From NCBI GenBank assembly GCA_020631905.1, contig JACKGQ010000001.1:357854-421853 (forward strand): a DNA stretch of 64,000 nt, read 5' to 3'. The position numbers and the translations under genes were made by a program. The DNA comes from Candidatus Nomurabacteria bacterium. GTDB taxonomy: Bacteria > Patescibacteriota > Saccharimonadia > Saccharimonadales > VXPC01. This document shows, piece by piece, positions 55,348-64,000 of this stretch. The notes beneath the pieces were generated by a model, which was given only the letters and a program-made list of their open reading frames with translations, was not told where the DNA came from and made no database searches. Numbering within the stretch: the first letter of the stretch is position 1; each line of letters begins with the position of its first letter.

Positions 55348-56958
55348 TTGGTGTTTAAATACAGAAAGCACAGTACTACAGAAGCCGACAATGCCCAACG
55401 AAGTTTGGATGGTTTTGCGCGATCTGGGAATAAGTATACGGAAGGCTTTAAGTACAATAATCGTCAGTCAAATTTGGATTTGTCTGGCAAGGTAGATGAT
55501 GAGCAAAAGAAACAACATAGGACAGATGAACAGCAAGAAGCAAGTTTTCCAGGACTATCTGTAGCGTTTCAGCAAGGTAAGACAATGATTGATTTAGAAG
55601 GCATAGATGAGGCACCTCGGAAAAAACATAAAAAACGCCGACGTTTTGGCAAGCTTTTTAAACGACTAGCACTGGCATCGACAGTCATAGTTTTATCAAC
55701 AGCGGGGTATCTAACCTACAAAGGCTTAAGCACTGTCCGCACAGTTTTTAAAGGAAACGGTGATGGTTCTTTGGCATTAAACCAAAATATCGACCCAAGC
55801 TTACTCAAAGGCGAAGGTGATGGCCGGATAAACATTATGCTACTTGGAAAGGGCGGTGAAACACATCCAGGTGGTGAGCTGACAGATTCAATGATTATCG
55901 CGAGTATCGACCCATTCAACAAAAAAGCTGCCCTACTAAGCATACCTCGCGATCTATATGTAAATGTACCGGGATTTTGGTCTATGAAAATTAATGCCGC
56001 TTACGTATCTGGTAAACAGAAAGCTTACGATCAGGGATTAAATGATGATCAAGCTGAAGCCGCCGGCATAAAAACACTCGAGGAAACGATCGAGACATAT
56101 ATTGGGGTACCGATACATTACTATATTATGATCGATTTTCTTGCCTTCGAAGATGCTGTCGATGCAGTGGGTGGAGTTACGGTAGATGTAAAATCAAGAG
56201 TCTACGACACTAATTTCTTGCCGACGTACTTGCTAGATATTCAGCCTGGACCACATAAGTTTACCGGACCAGAAGTCTTATTCTATGTTAGGTCGCGCTA
56301 TACTAGTCCTCGAGGTGATTTTGATCGTGCCCAAAGACAAAGAGAAGTTCTGTTAGCGTTGAAAGATAAAATATTGTCGGCAGGTACTTTTGCAAATCCT
56401 CTAAAAATATCAGGTTTATTAGATAGCATAGGCAAGAATGTACACAGTAGCTTATCTGTCGATGAGTTACTGGCCGTATATAATATTGTCAAAGATGTTC
56501 AGCCAGCAGACATAAAGTCACTAAGTTTTGTCGACGACACCTTACTTGTAACTACTGGATATGTAGGTGATCAATCGGTTGTCTTGCCACTTGCTGGACC
56601 GAACGACTTTAGCCAGATTCAAGAATATGTTCGGTCAAATTTAGTTGACGGCTTTATCACTAAAGAGGCAGCTACAATCACCGTACTGAACGGTTCCGGA
56701 TATGTCGGCAAGGCATCGACGGCCACTAAAATGCTTCAATCATATGGGTACAATGTTACCCAAACAGCCGATGCCCCAACCAGCGATTACCTAGATACAA
56801 TAATTATCGACAACACTAATGACCAAAAACCATATACACGTTCATATCTAGAAAAGCGGTTTGGCGTAACTGCAGTCGATAAGTCACCCAAACCTGGCCT
56901 CGAAGCCTATCAGAGTGATTTTGTGATAATATTGGGCGCAAATGAAAAGAGCATTTAG
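55348..56958 (+). CDS. LytR-CpsA-Psr (LCP) family cell-envelope phosphotransferase with C-terminal LytR_C-like domain
   Basis: TM anchor, then INIMLLGKGG...TDSMIIASIDP..KKAALLSIPRDLYV and RSRYTSPRGDFDRAQRQREVL. The start is non-ATG (TTG 55348 or GTG 55351). Confidence 0.8.
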   Translation: MVFKYRKHSTTEADNAQRSLDGFARSGNKYTEGFKYNNRQSNLDLSGKVDDEQKKQHRTDEQQEASFPGLSVAFQQGKTMIDLEGIDEAPRKKHKKRRRFGKLFKRLALASTVIVLSTAGYLTYKGLSTVRTVFKGNGDGSLALNQNIDPSLLKGEGDGRINIMLLGKGGETHPGGELTDSMIIASIDPFNKKAALLSIPRDLYVNVPGFWSMKINAAYVSGKQKAYDQGLNDDQAEAAGIKTLEETIETYIGVPIHYYIMIDFLAFEDAVDAVGGVTVDVKSRVYDTNFLPTYLLDIQPGPHKFTGPEVLFYVRSRYTSPRGDFDRAQRQREVLLALKDKILSAGTFANPLKISGLLDSIGKNVHSSLSVDELLAVYNIVKDVQPADIKSLSFVDDTLLVTTGYVGDQSVVLPLAGPNDFSQIQEYVRSNLVDGFITKEAATITVLNGSGYVGKASTATKMLQSYGYNVTQTADAPTSDYLDTIIIDNTNDQKPYTRSYLEKRFGVTAVDKSPKPGLEAYQSDFVIILGANEKSI

Positions 56959-57679
56959 CTTTCGCAAAGGTTTCTCGAATTTTCTACACGAGCTTAGTCG
57001 AGCCTTACTGCCACTAATTGTATTCGGCTGGGTGCTGAGTGGTCTAACGGCGGTTGCCTATGCATCGATATTCATATATAAATGGCGGATTTTAGCAGTT
57101 AAGTCACGCTTTTGGGCAGCCAATATTCGAGCCAATATGACTGACATCTTAATAGGCTTGTCGATGGCCAAGTTTATGAGCATCTCTAGCCTGAAGTATC
57201 AGCTGGCCTGGCTAGGCTTCTATTTAGCATGGGTCTTATATATTAAGAAGCTTTCAAATCGAGGCGGGATCATGTTGCAAGGACTGACTGCTTATGCGAT
57301 ATCGTTATCTGCTTTACTCTGGAGTTTTAGCACCATGGAGTTTGGAGTGATGCTTGCTGGTGTTTGGCTTATAGCCTATTTTTGCTCGAGGCATATCCTT
57401 GGCGCCTTTAAGGAGGATCACGCCCCGGTTTTGGCACATGTATGGGCACTAACAGCTACCGAGATGGCCTGGATACTCTGGCATTGGCAGGCTTGGTACT
57501 GGTTTGTTAACCAATTAGTCTTAGTGACTTCAATCGCCTTAATCGGACTATCTTTGGCATATTATATGTCGAGAAAAGAATCGCCAAATTCAGCCGCAAT
57601 TAAGCAAACTCTAATAACCTCAGGTCTAATGATGCTAGTCGTTATCGTGCTACATAATTGGAGAGACACAAGTTTCTAA
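56942..57679 (+). CDS. hypothetical multi-pass membrane protein
   Basis: 245 aa with about 7 hydrophobic helices. Overlaps the LCP gene end by 17 nt and abuts the htrA-like start. Confidence 0.5.
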   Translation: MKRAFSFRKGFSNFLHELSRALLPLIVFGWVLSGLTAVAYASIFIYKWRILAVKSRFWAANIRANMTDILIGLSMAKFMSISSLKYQLAWLGFYLAWVLYIKKLSNRGGIMLQGLTAYAISLSALLWSFSTMEFGVMLAGVWLIAYFCSRHILGAFKEDHAPVLAHVWALTATEMAWILWHWQAWYWFVNQLVLVTSIALIGLSLAYYMSRKESPNSAAIKQTLITSGLMMLVVIVLHNWRDTSF

Positions 57680-58792
57680 ATGAAAAAACTAAGTACCGGA
57701 ATGGTGATAGTTATTAGTTTGCTAGCAGGTCTAGTTGGGGGCTATGCTGGGTCTGAGTTGAGTAATGAGCTTGGCCAGTCCGAACAAGCAAACCAAGAGT
57801 CTAAGCTGGTTATTGATAGCCAGAGCGATCTAATAGCTAACATCGCCCAGACTGTCGGACCGAGTGTGGTCTCGATTACTTCAACCACGACTACAAACTC
57901 TTTCTTTGGAAGCTACGATGAGCAAGGTTCTGGCACGGGGGTAATTATCTCGGATAATGGCTACGTATTGACTAATCGACATGTAGTTCCAGAAGGAACA
58001 ACAGCCATCCAGATAACTTTAGAAGATGGTACAGAGTATAACGATGTCGAGGTGATAGGTCGCGATCCACGAGGCGGAGTCGACTTAGCCTTTCTGAAGA
58101 TAAACGATGTAAAAGACCTAAAACCAGCCAAGTTTGGTGATTCTGACTCAGTTAGGGTTGGTGATAGCGTAATCGCAATCGGCAATGCCTTGGGCGAGTT
58201 TCAAAATAGCGTCACTACAGGTATTATCTCGGGGCGGAGTCGGCCAATTGTAGCCAGCGATGGTTTGAGTGGTGAAGCTCTAACCAATCTCCTCCAGACA
58301 GATGCGGCGATTAATCCTGGAAATTCAGGTGGGCCTTTACTTAACCTTGATGGTGAAGTGATTGGCATAAACACAGCCCGGGCTGATGCCGACAACATTG
58401 GGTTTGCTATTGCAATCAGTGACGTAAAAGGGGTAATCGATGGAGTTATCGCCAATGGTAAGCTCGAAGTTCCTTATCTTGGAGTCCGATACCAAACAAT
58501 CACAGATGCAACCGCCACGCGGGAAGATTTAGCTAGCAAGCAAGGTGCCTGGGTACGTGGCACACAAGGTTTTCCGGCGGTAATTAAGGATAGTCCTGCA
58601 GACAAAGCTGGTATAAAAGATCAAGACATAATTATTAAAGTCGATGGACAGGAGCTAAACCAAGATAATATACTTAATGTGATGATCGGTAGGCATAAAG
58701 TTGGCGATCAGCTAAGTCTAATAATTATTCGCAATAATGAAGAAATTGAGACCAAAGTTACTTTGGAGGCGGCTCCGACAAACCTCGAGTGA
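57680..58792 (+). CDS. HtrA/DegP-family trypsin-like serine protease with PDZ domain
   Basis: TM anchor. Catalytic triad contexts TNRHVV, DLAFLKI and GNSGGPLLN. C-terminal PDZ (PADKAGIKDQDIIIKVDG). Confidence 0.85.
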   Translation: MKKLSTGMVIVISLLAGLVGGYAGSELSNELGQSEQANQESKLVIDSQSDLIANIAQTVGPSVVSITSTTTTNSFFGSYDEQGSGTGVIISDNGYVLTNRHVVPEGTTAIQITLEDGTEYNDVEVIGRDPRGGVDLAFLKINDVKDLKPAKFGDSDSVRVGDSVIAIGNALGEFQNSVTTGIISGRSRPIVASDGLSGEALTNLLQTDAAINPGNSGGPLLNLDGEVIGINTARADADNIGFAIAISDVKGVIDGVIANGKLEVPYLGVRYQTITDATATREDLASKQGAWVRGTQGFPAVIKDSPADKAGIKDQDIIIKVDGQELNQDNILNVMIGRHKVGDQLSLIIIRNNEEIETKVTLEAAPTNLE

Positions 58793-60155
58793 GACTAAGC
58801 TCGGTGTAGTTGTAAGCTTTCTGTTGGCGTTTGGGTTTCGGCCATCTTACGAATTTGTGGTCGGGACTAGCAACATACAACTCAGTGTTGGGCTGTTAGC
58901 GTTTGTGCTTACAGCAGTAATAATAGGGCTGATATTTGTAAAAACGGCAGCCTATAAGCATATCTTGCCGGTGTTGCCGATCTTGTTCTTTCTGGCCATG
59001 CAGATGCTGTTCCAGTGGAACGGTCCCCGCAGTGGGCTACTATTTTTGCTCTGGGTTGCAATTGTCGTTTTAGCTGCATCTAGAATGTTCAATAAGAAAT
59101 TTGTCCGCGGTTTTATATATGGATTGTTTCTGGCAGCCATCTTTTCGGTTGCTCTTGGGGTGCTGCAGATCGCGCTCGATAGCTTTGGAATCAGGCTTTG
59201 GCTGAGCCCAGAGTATACCGGCGATGTTTTTGGATTCGCTCGGGCACAGGGTCTGTTTGAAGAGCCACAGTTTCTGGCCAGTTTCTTAATCTTGCCACTG
59301 TTTGCGAGTCTGATAATTAGACCGAAATACTGGAGACTAATCTTTATGGTTTGTGTCTTTGGGGTCACAATTACTATGTCACGGGGTGCTGCAGTAGCAA
59401 TGTTGACTGGAACTCTAAGCTACCTATGGCTCAGCCGTTCAACAGATCTACTCAAAACTGCCTATGCAACTAGCGCAGCGATAATTCTTGGACTAATAGT
59501 TGTTGGTGCAACTGGTTATGTGAGGAGTGACTACAACACTGGGCCGACATATTTTCAAAAGAATTACTTGCAACATATGCTAGGCCAAGAAATAGACAAC
59601 AAGCTGGTAGTGCGTAAATATGCTGTTAATCCTAAAACTTCGCAAAAGGCATCTGGCCAGATAAGCTCTGCTGGAAGCCGTGTCAGTACCGCCAAAGAGG
59701 GTTGGGAGCTGGTAACTCGCGATCGAAATTGGTTTTTTTACGGACATGGCTTGAGCGGCTATGATGCCTACAAGACCGATCAGCTAGGCACGACCGGATC
59801 TGGTAAGGGGTATACCGTTAATAATATGTATCTCGAAACTTGGCTGGAACTGGGTTTGATAGGCTTGAGTATGCTTTTTGCCTGGACCATAGGCGTTATT
59901 GGTAGGCTGATCAAACTTGCCAAGAAGCAAGATATTCTGGCGTTAGCTCTAACGGTAATGTTGGTTGCGGGTTCTACTCAACAATTATTTTTCAGCTCGC
60001 TAGTCAACAACTTGCACTACTGGCTACTATTAATACTGGCGACTAGCTATGTCGACAAAAACAACGCGCCAGACCTAAGGTCGAAACCAAAGCAAAACCG
60101 GCTTTCGCCGCCAAAGCGTCTAGCTCGGAAAACTGCTTCTCGAGACACTCAATAA
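58737..60155 (+). CDS. O-antigen ligase (Wzy_C)-like polytopic membrane protein
   Basis: About 10-12 TM helices, with an MSRGA motif in a loop that is typical of O-antigen ligase-like proteins. The 5' end overlaps htrA by 56 nt, so the true start is probably further downstream. The 3' end overlaps convergent prmC. Confidence 0.6.
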   Translation: MKKLRPKLLWRRLRQTSSETKLGVVVSFLLAFGFRPSYEFVVGTSNIQLSVGLLAFVLTAVIIGLIFVKTAAYKHILPVLPILFFLAMQMLFQWNGPRSGLLFLLWVAIVVLAASRMFNKKFVRGFIYGLFLAAIFSVALGVLQIALDSFGIRLWLSPEYTGDVFGFARAQGLFEEPQFLASFLILPLFASLIIRPKYWRLIFMVCVFGVTITMSRGAAVAMLTGTLSYLWLSRSTDLLKTAYATSAAIILGLIVVGATGYVRSDYNTGPTYFQKNYLQHMLGQEIDNKLVVRKYAVNPKTSQKASGQISSAGSRVSTAKEGWELVTRDRNWFFYGHGLSGYDAYKTDQLGTTGSGKGYTVNNMYLETWLELGLIGLSMLFAWTIGVIGRLIKLAKKQDILALALTVMLVAGSTQQLFFSSLVNNLHYWLLLILATSYVDKNNAPDLRSKPKQNRLSPPKRLARKTASRDTQ

Positions 60156-60861
60156 TAATATATTTAGGTTTTTGATCGAGTTCGGTTATCTGTTCCCAGA
60201 AACGACGGTAATGATCCAAACCATCTCTACCGCTGAACAAAGCTATGGCTGGTTCTTTTGTAATCTCGGCCGAAGTAATCAGGTTATCTGGGACGTAGGG
60301 TAGGTTGGCGAAAACCAAACCATCGCAACGACTAGCTGCGTACTTGCTTTCCAGAAGATTAGACACAGCGTACTGGGCGCGAATCTTGTGTCTACGTGCG
60401 TTGAGCTTGGCAACAATTAAAGCCTCAGGACTGATGTCACATAAAGTTAGCCAGTGGCGTGAGTTTGAATCTGGGTTGGCTTCAAGTGCGTAAGTTATTC
60501 CGAGTACGCCCGAGCCGCAGCCAATATCGGCTACAGGATAACTGTCTGGTAATTGCAGTTTTAAGGCTAGCTCGATCATAGCTTCGCTCTCTGGGCGAGG
60601 GATTAAGACATGTTTGTCGACATAATACTCACGCCCATAAAACTCTTTGTGGTGTAAAAGATAGGCCAGTGGAGCTCGCTTTGCCCGCTCATCAACCAGT
60701 TTCTGGATTTTTTGAGCCTGCCGAGGTGTTGGCTTGGTAATGTCGGCTATAACTAGGCTTTTATCGACATCTAAGACATGTGCAAAAATTGCCAATACGT
60801 CTAAGCGACCGGTATCTATACCAGCTTGTACCAAAATACTCGTCATGTCTTCGACAGTCAT
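60043..60861 (-). CDS. prmC: release-factor glutamine N5-methyltransferase PrmC/HemK
   Basis: SAM motif DIGCGSGVLG and substrate motif NLPY (an NPPY variant). 272 aa. Confidence 0.85.
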   Translation of the reverse strand: MTVEDMTSILVQAGIDTGRLDVLAIFAHVLDVDKSLVIADITKPTPRQAQKIQKLVDERAKRAPLAYLLHHKEFYGREYYVDKHVLIPRPESEAMIELALKLQLPDSYPVADIGCGSGVLGITYALEANPDSNSRHWLTLCDISPEALIVAKLNARRHKIRAQYAVSNLLESKYAASRCDGLVFANLPYVPDNLITSAEITKEPAIALFSGRDGLDHYRRFWEQITELDQKPKYIIIECLEKQFSELDALAAKAGFALVSTLGLARCFCRHS

Positions 60862-60931
60862 AACAACAGTTTATCATTCGAATATGGATACGCTTTGAAA
60901 TATCTATCTCTAAGATTAGAATTGTGAGTCT

Positions 60932-61813
60932 ATGGGAGTTATTTACACACCAGAACGATTCAGGTCCGGTCAAGTGCCATTCGGCGAAGACCTAAGCAAG
61001 GCGGTCAGAGAGCTGCAAAAACTTAAGCCTGTGGCTGAAGATAATGGCGTCGAGATGGTTCTTGTTCATGGTTCGGTGCCAGAGCATCGCCACACTCGAA
61101 GGAGTGATGTCGACGCACTAATAGTATACGATGACACAGCCGAATCTCGAGTGCTCGATAAAATCAGGCAGGGAATCGCACAAATTTCACTCGAGACCCA
61201 CGCCCAAGTCGAAGCTACAGTGATCCCAGGTTCCTGGACACAAGCAATGGTCGATACGTATTTTGCCGATCCCTTGTTTGTAATTTACCTTCAGAATGTC
61301 CTTTCTTCAGTTGGACCAAAAGTTTTGAAGGGTAGGCCGGATCCAAGAATTATGAACATACCCAACCCCGGAGAACAAGTCTGTAAGCAGAGTCTGGTAA
61401 GTTATTTTCTAGAAAAGTTTAGTAAGTTCGATGCTGCACTAAGTGCTCGATACACTCAAGGACAGTTGAATTACAAGGTACTACAGCGAGCGTTCGAACT
61501 ACCTAGATCAACAAAGCGTAAACTGCAGCAAGCTTTCCCTAATCTTGCCAACATTAGTGAATTTGACGCGTTTATAGAAGCGTGTCTAGAGGCTGGCTAC
61601 TTCGAGGTAAACGATGGTGCAGCCCTAAATCTCCTTCGGCAAAGAGATAGCGAGTATACAGATATAGTCGAATCTGCACCGCTGCGCGGGTTTCCCGATT
61701 GGCGTCTAGCGACCAAGCACGAAGAATTTATTGCCAAAAATTTTGATAACGCACTCAGACTAGCATTCCAAACAGTAGGATCAATCGCAGTCAAGCTTGC
61801 CAGAAAAGGTTAA
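60932..61813 (+). CDS. nucleotidyltransferase (pol-beta superfamily) domain protein with helical C-terminal domain
   Basis: HGSVPEHRHTRRSDVDALIVYDD fits the minimal NTase motif hG[GS]x9-13Dh[DE]h. Substrate unknown. Confidence 0.55.
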   Translation: MGVIYTPERFRSGQVPFGEDLSKAVRELQKLKPVAEDNGVEMVLVHGSVPEHRHTRRSDVDALIVYDDTAESRVLDKIRQGIAQISLETHAQVEATVIPGSWTQAMVDTYFADPLFVIYLQNVLSSVGPKVLKGRPDPRIMNIPNPGEQVCKQSLVSYFLEKFSKFDAALSARYTQGQLNYKVLQRAFELPRSTKRKLQQAFPNLANISEFDAFIEACLEAGYFEVNDGAALNLLRQRDSEYTDIVESAPLRGFPDWRLATKHEEFIAKNFDNALRLAFQTVGSIAVKLARKG

Positions 61814-61822
61814 ATTTAGGGT

Positions 61823-62878
61823 TTAGGTGTTTTCGGCACGCAGCAGTTCGGTCTCTTTGGCAATCAGGGCATCATGAATATCATCGATATCACCAGCCAA
61901 AGCCCCCGGAATATTGCTGCGACTATAGCCAACTCGGTGGTCAGTAATCCTATCTTGCGGAAAGTTGTAGGTGCGAATTTTCTCGCTGCGATCGCCACTA
62001 CCAATTAGCCCACGACGTTCGGCGCTTAGGGCTGCTTGCTGCTCCTCAATCTGAGCTTGCATCAGTCGGCTACGCAGTACACCCATGGCTTTTTCACGGT
62101 TCTTGATCTGGCTTTTTTCGTCTTGGCAGGTTACGACCGTACCAGTAGGTATGTGAGTAATTCGCACGGCCGAGTCGGTGGTGTTGACGCTTTGGCCACC
62201 ATTACCACTGCTTCGGTAGACATCAACCCGCAAGTCGTTCTGGTTTATCTCTAGTTCTTGTTCTTCGACTTCGGGCATAACTGCCACAGTTACGGTGCTG
62301 GTGTGGATCCGACCTTGGCTTTCGGTAGACGGCACACGTTGTACGCGGTGCACACCGCTTTCAAACTTTAAGCTTTTATAAACATCGGTGCCGCGTACGG
62401 CAAAAACAATCTCTTTGAAACCACCAACTTCACTTGGGCTTTCGTTGATTAGTTCAAGTTTCCAGGAGCGTTTTTCGGCATATCGCACATAGGTCCTGTA
62501 CAGTTCGCCAGCAAACAAGCTAGCTTCATCACCACCGGCGCCAGCCCGGACTTCAACAATCACATCTTTGCTGTCGTTCGGATCTCTAGGAAGCAATAAC
62601 TCTTCTAACTTAGAGCTGAGTTCGAGAATTTTGAGCTTTAATTCCTCGGCCTCATGTGCGGCAAGTTCGGCCAATTCATCGCTACCGATGGACATCTGCT
62701 CGGCTTCTACTAATTGTTTTTCGGCAGTCTGCTTTTGCTCAAACAGATCTACAATGTCTTCGATTTCTTTTTGGCGCTTTGCGAGTTTAGGGTATTCAGG
62801 CGAACTAAAAATATTAGAGTCTTGCAATCTGGACTGGATTGACTCGAGTTCGATTTTTAATTCGCTGTACTTACTCAT
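61823..62878 (-). CDS. prfA: peptide chain release factor 1
   Basis: RF1-type tripeptide region [17 protein letters not shown] and GGQ motif [11 protein letters not shown]. Confidence 0.95.
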   Translation of the reverse strand: MSKYSELKIELESIQSRLQDSNIFSSPEYPKLAKRQKEIEDIVDLFEQKQTAEKQLVEAEQMSIGSDELAELAAHEAEELKLKILELSSKLEELLLPRDPNDSKDVIVEVRAGAGGDEASLFAGELYRTYVRYAEKRSWKLELINESPSEVGGFKEIVFAVRGTDVYKSLKFESGVHRVQRVPSTESQGRIHTSTVTVAVMPEVEEQELEINQNDLRVDVYRSSGNGGQSVNTTDSAVRITHIPTGTVVTCQDEKSQIKNREKAMGVLRSRLMQAQIEEQQAALSAERRGLIGSGDRSEKIRTYNFPQDRITDHRVGYSRSNIPGALAGDIDDIHDALIAKETELLRAENT

Positions 62879-62945
62879 AGTGCTCCTTTTAGTTTAACAA
62901 AAAAATCACCCCCAAAGTAGCAGGTGATATATTCGACCGGAGTAG

Positions 62946-63293
62946 CTAACGCTTGGTCTTGAGGTTGCCGATTTTCTGAACTTCTTTAGTCTCTTTTTTG
63001 GCAACAGGTTTTGTAGCGGCGGCTTTGCGGGCTTCCAGAGCTTTTTTAGCGGCTTCTTGGCGGGCTTTAAACTTGTCGACACGGCCTTCGACGTCGACTA
63101 GTTTTTCCTGACCAGTAAAGAACGGGTGAGAAGCACTAGTGATATGCACTTTAATTAACGGGTAGGTGTTGCCATCTGCCCATTTAACAGTTTCTTCACT
63201 ATTAGCAGTACTTTTGGTTAAAAAGCGTTCACCGTTGTTTAGGTCTTCGAAGACAACAATCTGGTAGTTATCTGGATGTAGGTTGGTTTTCAT
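62946..63293 (-). CDS. rpmE: 50S ribosomal protein L31 (type B, no CxxC) with Lys/Ala-rich C-terminal extension
   Basis: [17 protein letters not shown]...HPFFTG. I prefer the ATG at 63293, because the conserved L31 N-terminus begins there, over the upstream in-frame ATG at 63350. Confidence 0.85.
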   Translation of the reverse strand: MKTNLHPDNYQIVVFEDLNNGERFLTKSTANSEETVKWADGNTYPLIKVHITSASHPFFTGQEKLVDVEGRVDKFKARQEAAKKALEARKAAATKPVAKKETKEVQKIGNLKTKR

Positions 63294-63302
63294 AACCGGT
63301 AG

Positions 63303-63331
63303 AATATACCAGATGTGCGACTTCTTTGCAA
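63303..63331 (-). promoter_or_regulatory. Promoter abutting rpmE (leaderless-type)
   Basis: On the minus strand: ttgcaa (63331-63326), the 17-nt spacer agaagtcgcacatctgg, then tatatt (63308-63303). Only 9 nt without an SD separate it from the ATG. Confidence 0.4.
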
Positions 63332-63630
63332 GGAGTATTGCCGAAAACATGGCAATGTGTTAAAGTCTACCTGTCTTAATTGAATTAAATAATTTAACGA
63401 AACAGTTTGCCTAAAATAAGACATTCCTCCCGACTATCGGGCGAGGCAAACGAAGGTAAAGGAAAAATGTCCTTAGAACTCATTTAGGGTAACCTTCCGA
63501 TTGCGAAGCATGCTTGACTCGCCAGGTCGCAGTTTTGCTCCGCAGCGTATCGTCAAGATATGCTTTGTCGCAAGAACTGTACCCTGAATCGAGAACAAGA
63601 CATACTCCTCATCAAGAAAGGAAACCCTAG

Positions 63631-64000
63631 ATGAGCTCTAAAGTAGACGTAGATATCAAGGCTTTGCTGGAAGCCGGTTCACATTTCGGACACAAAACCA
63701 GTCGCTGGCACCCAAAAATGGCCCAGTACATTCATAGTAAACGAGGTGGTAGCCATATCATCGACTTAGCCAAAACTGTCGATTCGCTCGAAGAAGCTTT
63801 AGGTGCAATTTCTAAAGCGACTAGCCACGGCAAAAAAGTACTATTTGTAGGCACAAAACGCCAAGCCAAAGAAATTCTTCGTAAGGCAGCCGAATCGGTC
63901 GATATGCCTTATGTGGTCGAACGCTGGATGGGTGGTATGTTGACCAACCAAAAAACCATCGGAGCCCAGATCAAAAAGCTTAAAGATCACGAAGCCAAAA
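63631..64000 (+). CDS. rpsB: 30S ribosomal protein S2 (5' part; runs off window)
   Basis: My own translation from ATG 63631 gives MSSKVDVDIKALLEAGSHFGHKTSRWHPKMAQYIH...VLFVGTKRQAKE...ERWMGGMLTN, the canonical S2 N-terminal half. Confidence 0.9.
   Translation, partial: MSSKVDVDIKALLEAGSHFGHKTSRWHPKMAQYIHSKRGGSHIIDLAKTVDSLEEALGAISKATSHGKKVLFVGTKRQAKEILRKAAESVDMPYVVERWMGGMLTNQKTIGAQIKKLKDHEAK

Noticed and set aside
63480-63590. SRP (4.5S) RNA in the rpmE-rpsB spacer, suggested by a long hairpin and a ccaggtc...gcagc string
   Set aside because: The conserved domain IV signature (GGAA-type tetraloop flanked by AGGAAGCAGC-like strands) is absent. The apical c.33 nt do not form the expected symmetric and asymmetric loops.

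Overview
64-kb chromosomal window from a small-genome, moderately AT-rich bacterium. Gene content suggests Patescibacteria/CPR, possibly Saccharibacteria-like; this is inference only, as no 16S is in the window. Layout: (1) 1-1240, 3' end of an rRNA operon: 23S domains V-VI, a long hairpin-rich spacer, 5S and terminators. (2) 1.3-7.1 kb, a small accessory patch: membrane proteins, three small HExxH proteins, a G+C-rich probably foreign ORF, a duplicated 5' gene fragment, a VOC/glyoxalase gene and a KGG stress protein. (3) 7.1-27.1 kb, core genes: ROK kinase, rpsA, infB, priA-def-fmt, rpsU, adk, map, ftsA, ftsZ, nrdR-nrdJ, ileS behind a T-box leader, and rplU. (4) 27.3-52.9 kb, the standout region: four giant secreted proteins of 1917, 1897, 2226 and 1420 aa, about 22.4 kb of coding sequence. 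Three of them share a nearly identical N-terminal module placed directly after the signal peptide but carry different distal modules: a phage tail-spike S74 chaperone domain, CBM-like jelly rolls, and duplicated modules with a jelly-roll-like pattern. The fourth carries about 16 Kelch-like repeats. Long perfect or near-perfect repeats lie within and between these genes. A catalytically degenerate IS200/RayT-like Y1 transposase gene, flanked by hairpins, sits between the first two. (5) 53-64 kb, core genes again: parAB, lepB, an LCP protein, an HtrA-like protease, an O-antigen-ligase-like protein, prmC, prfA, rpmE and the start of rpsB. I found no CRISPR array, tRNA gene, reverse transcriptase or intact mobile element. 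All calls come from reading motifs by eye; no database search was run.
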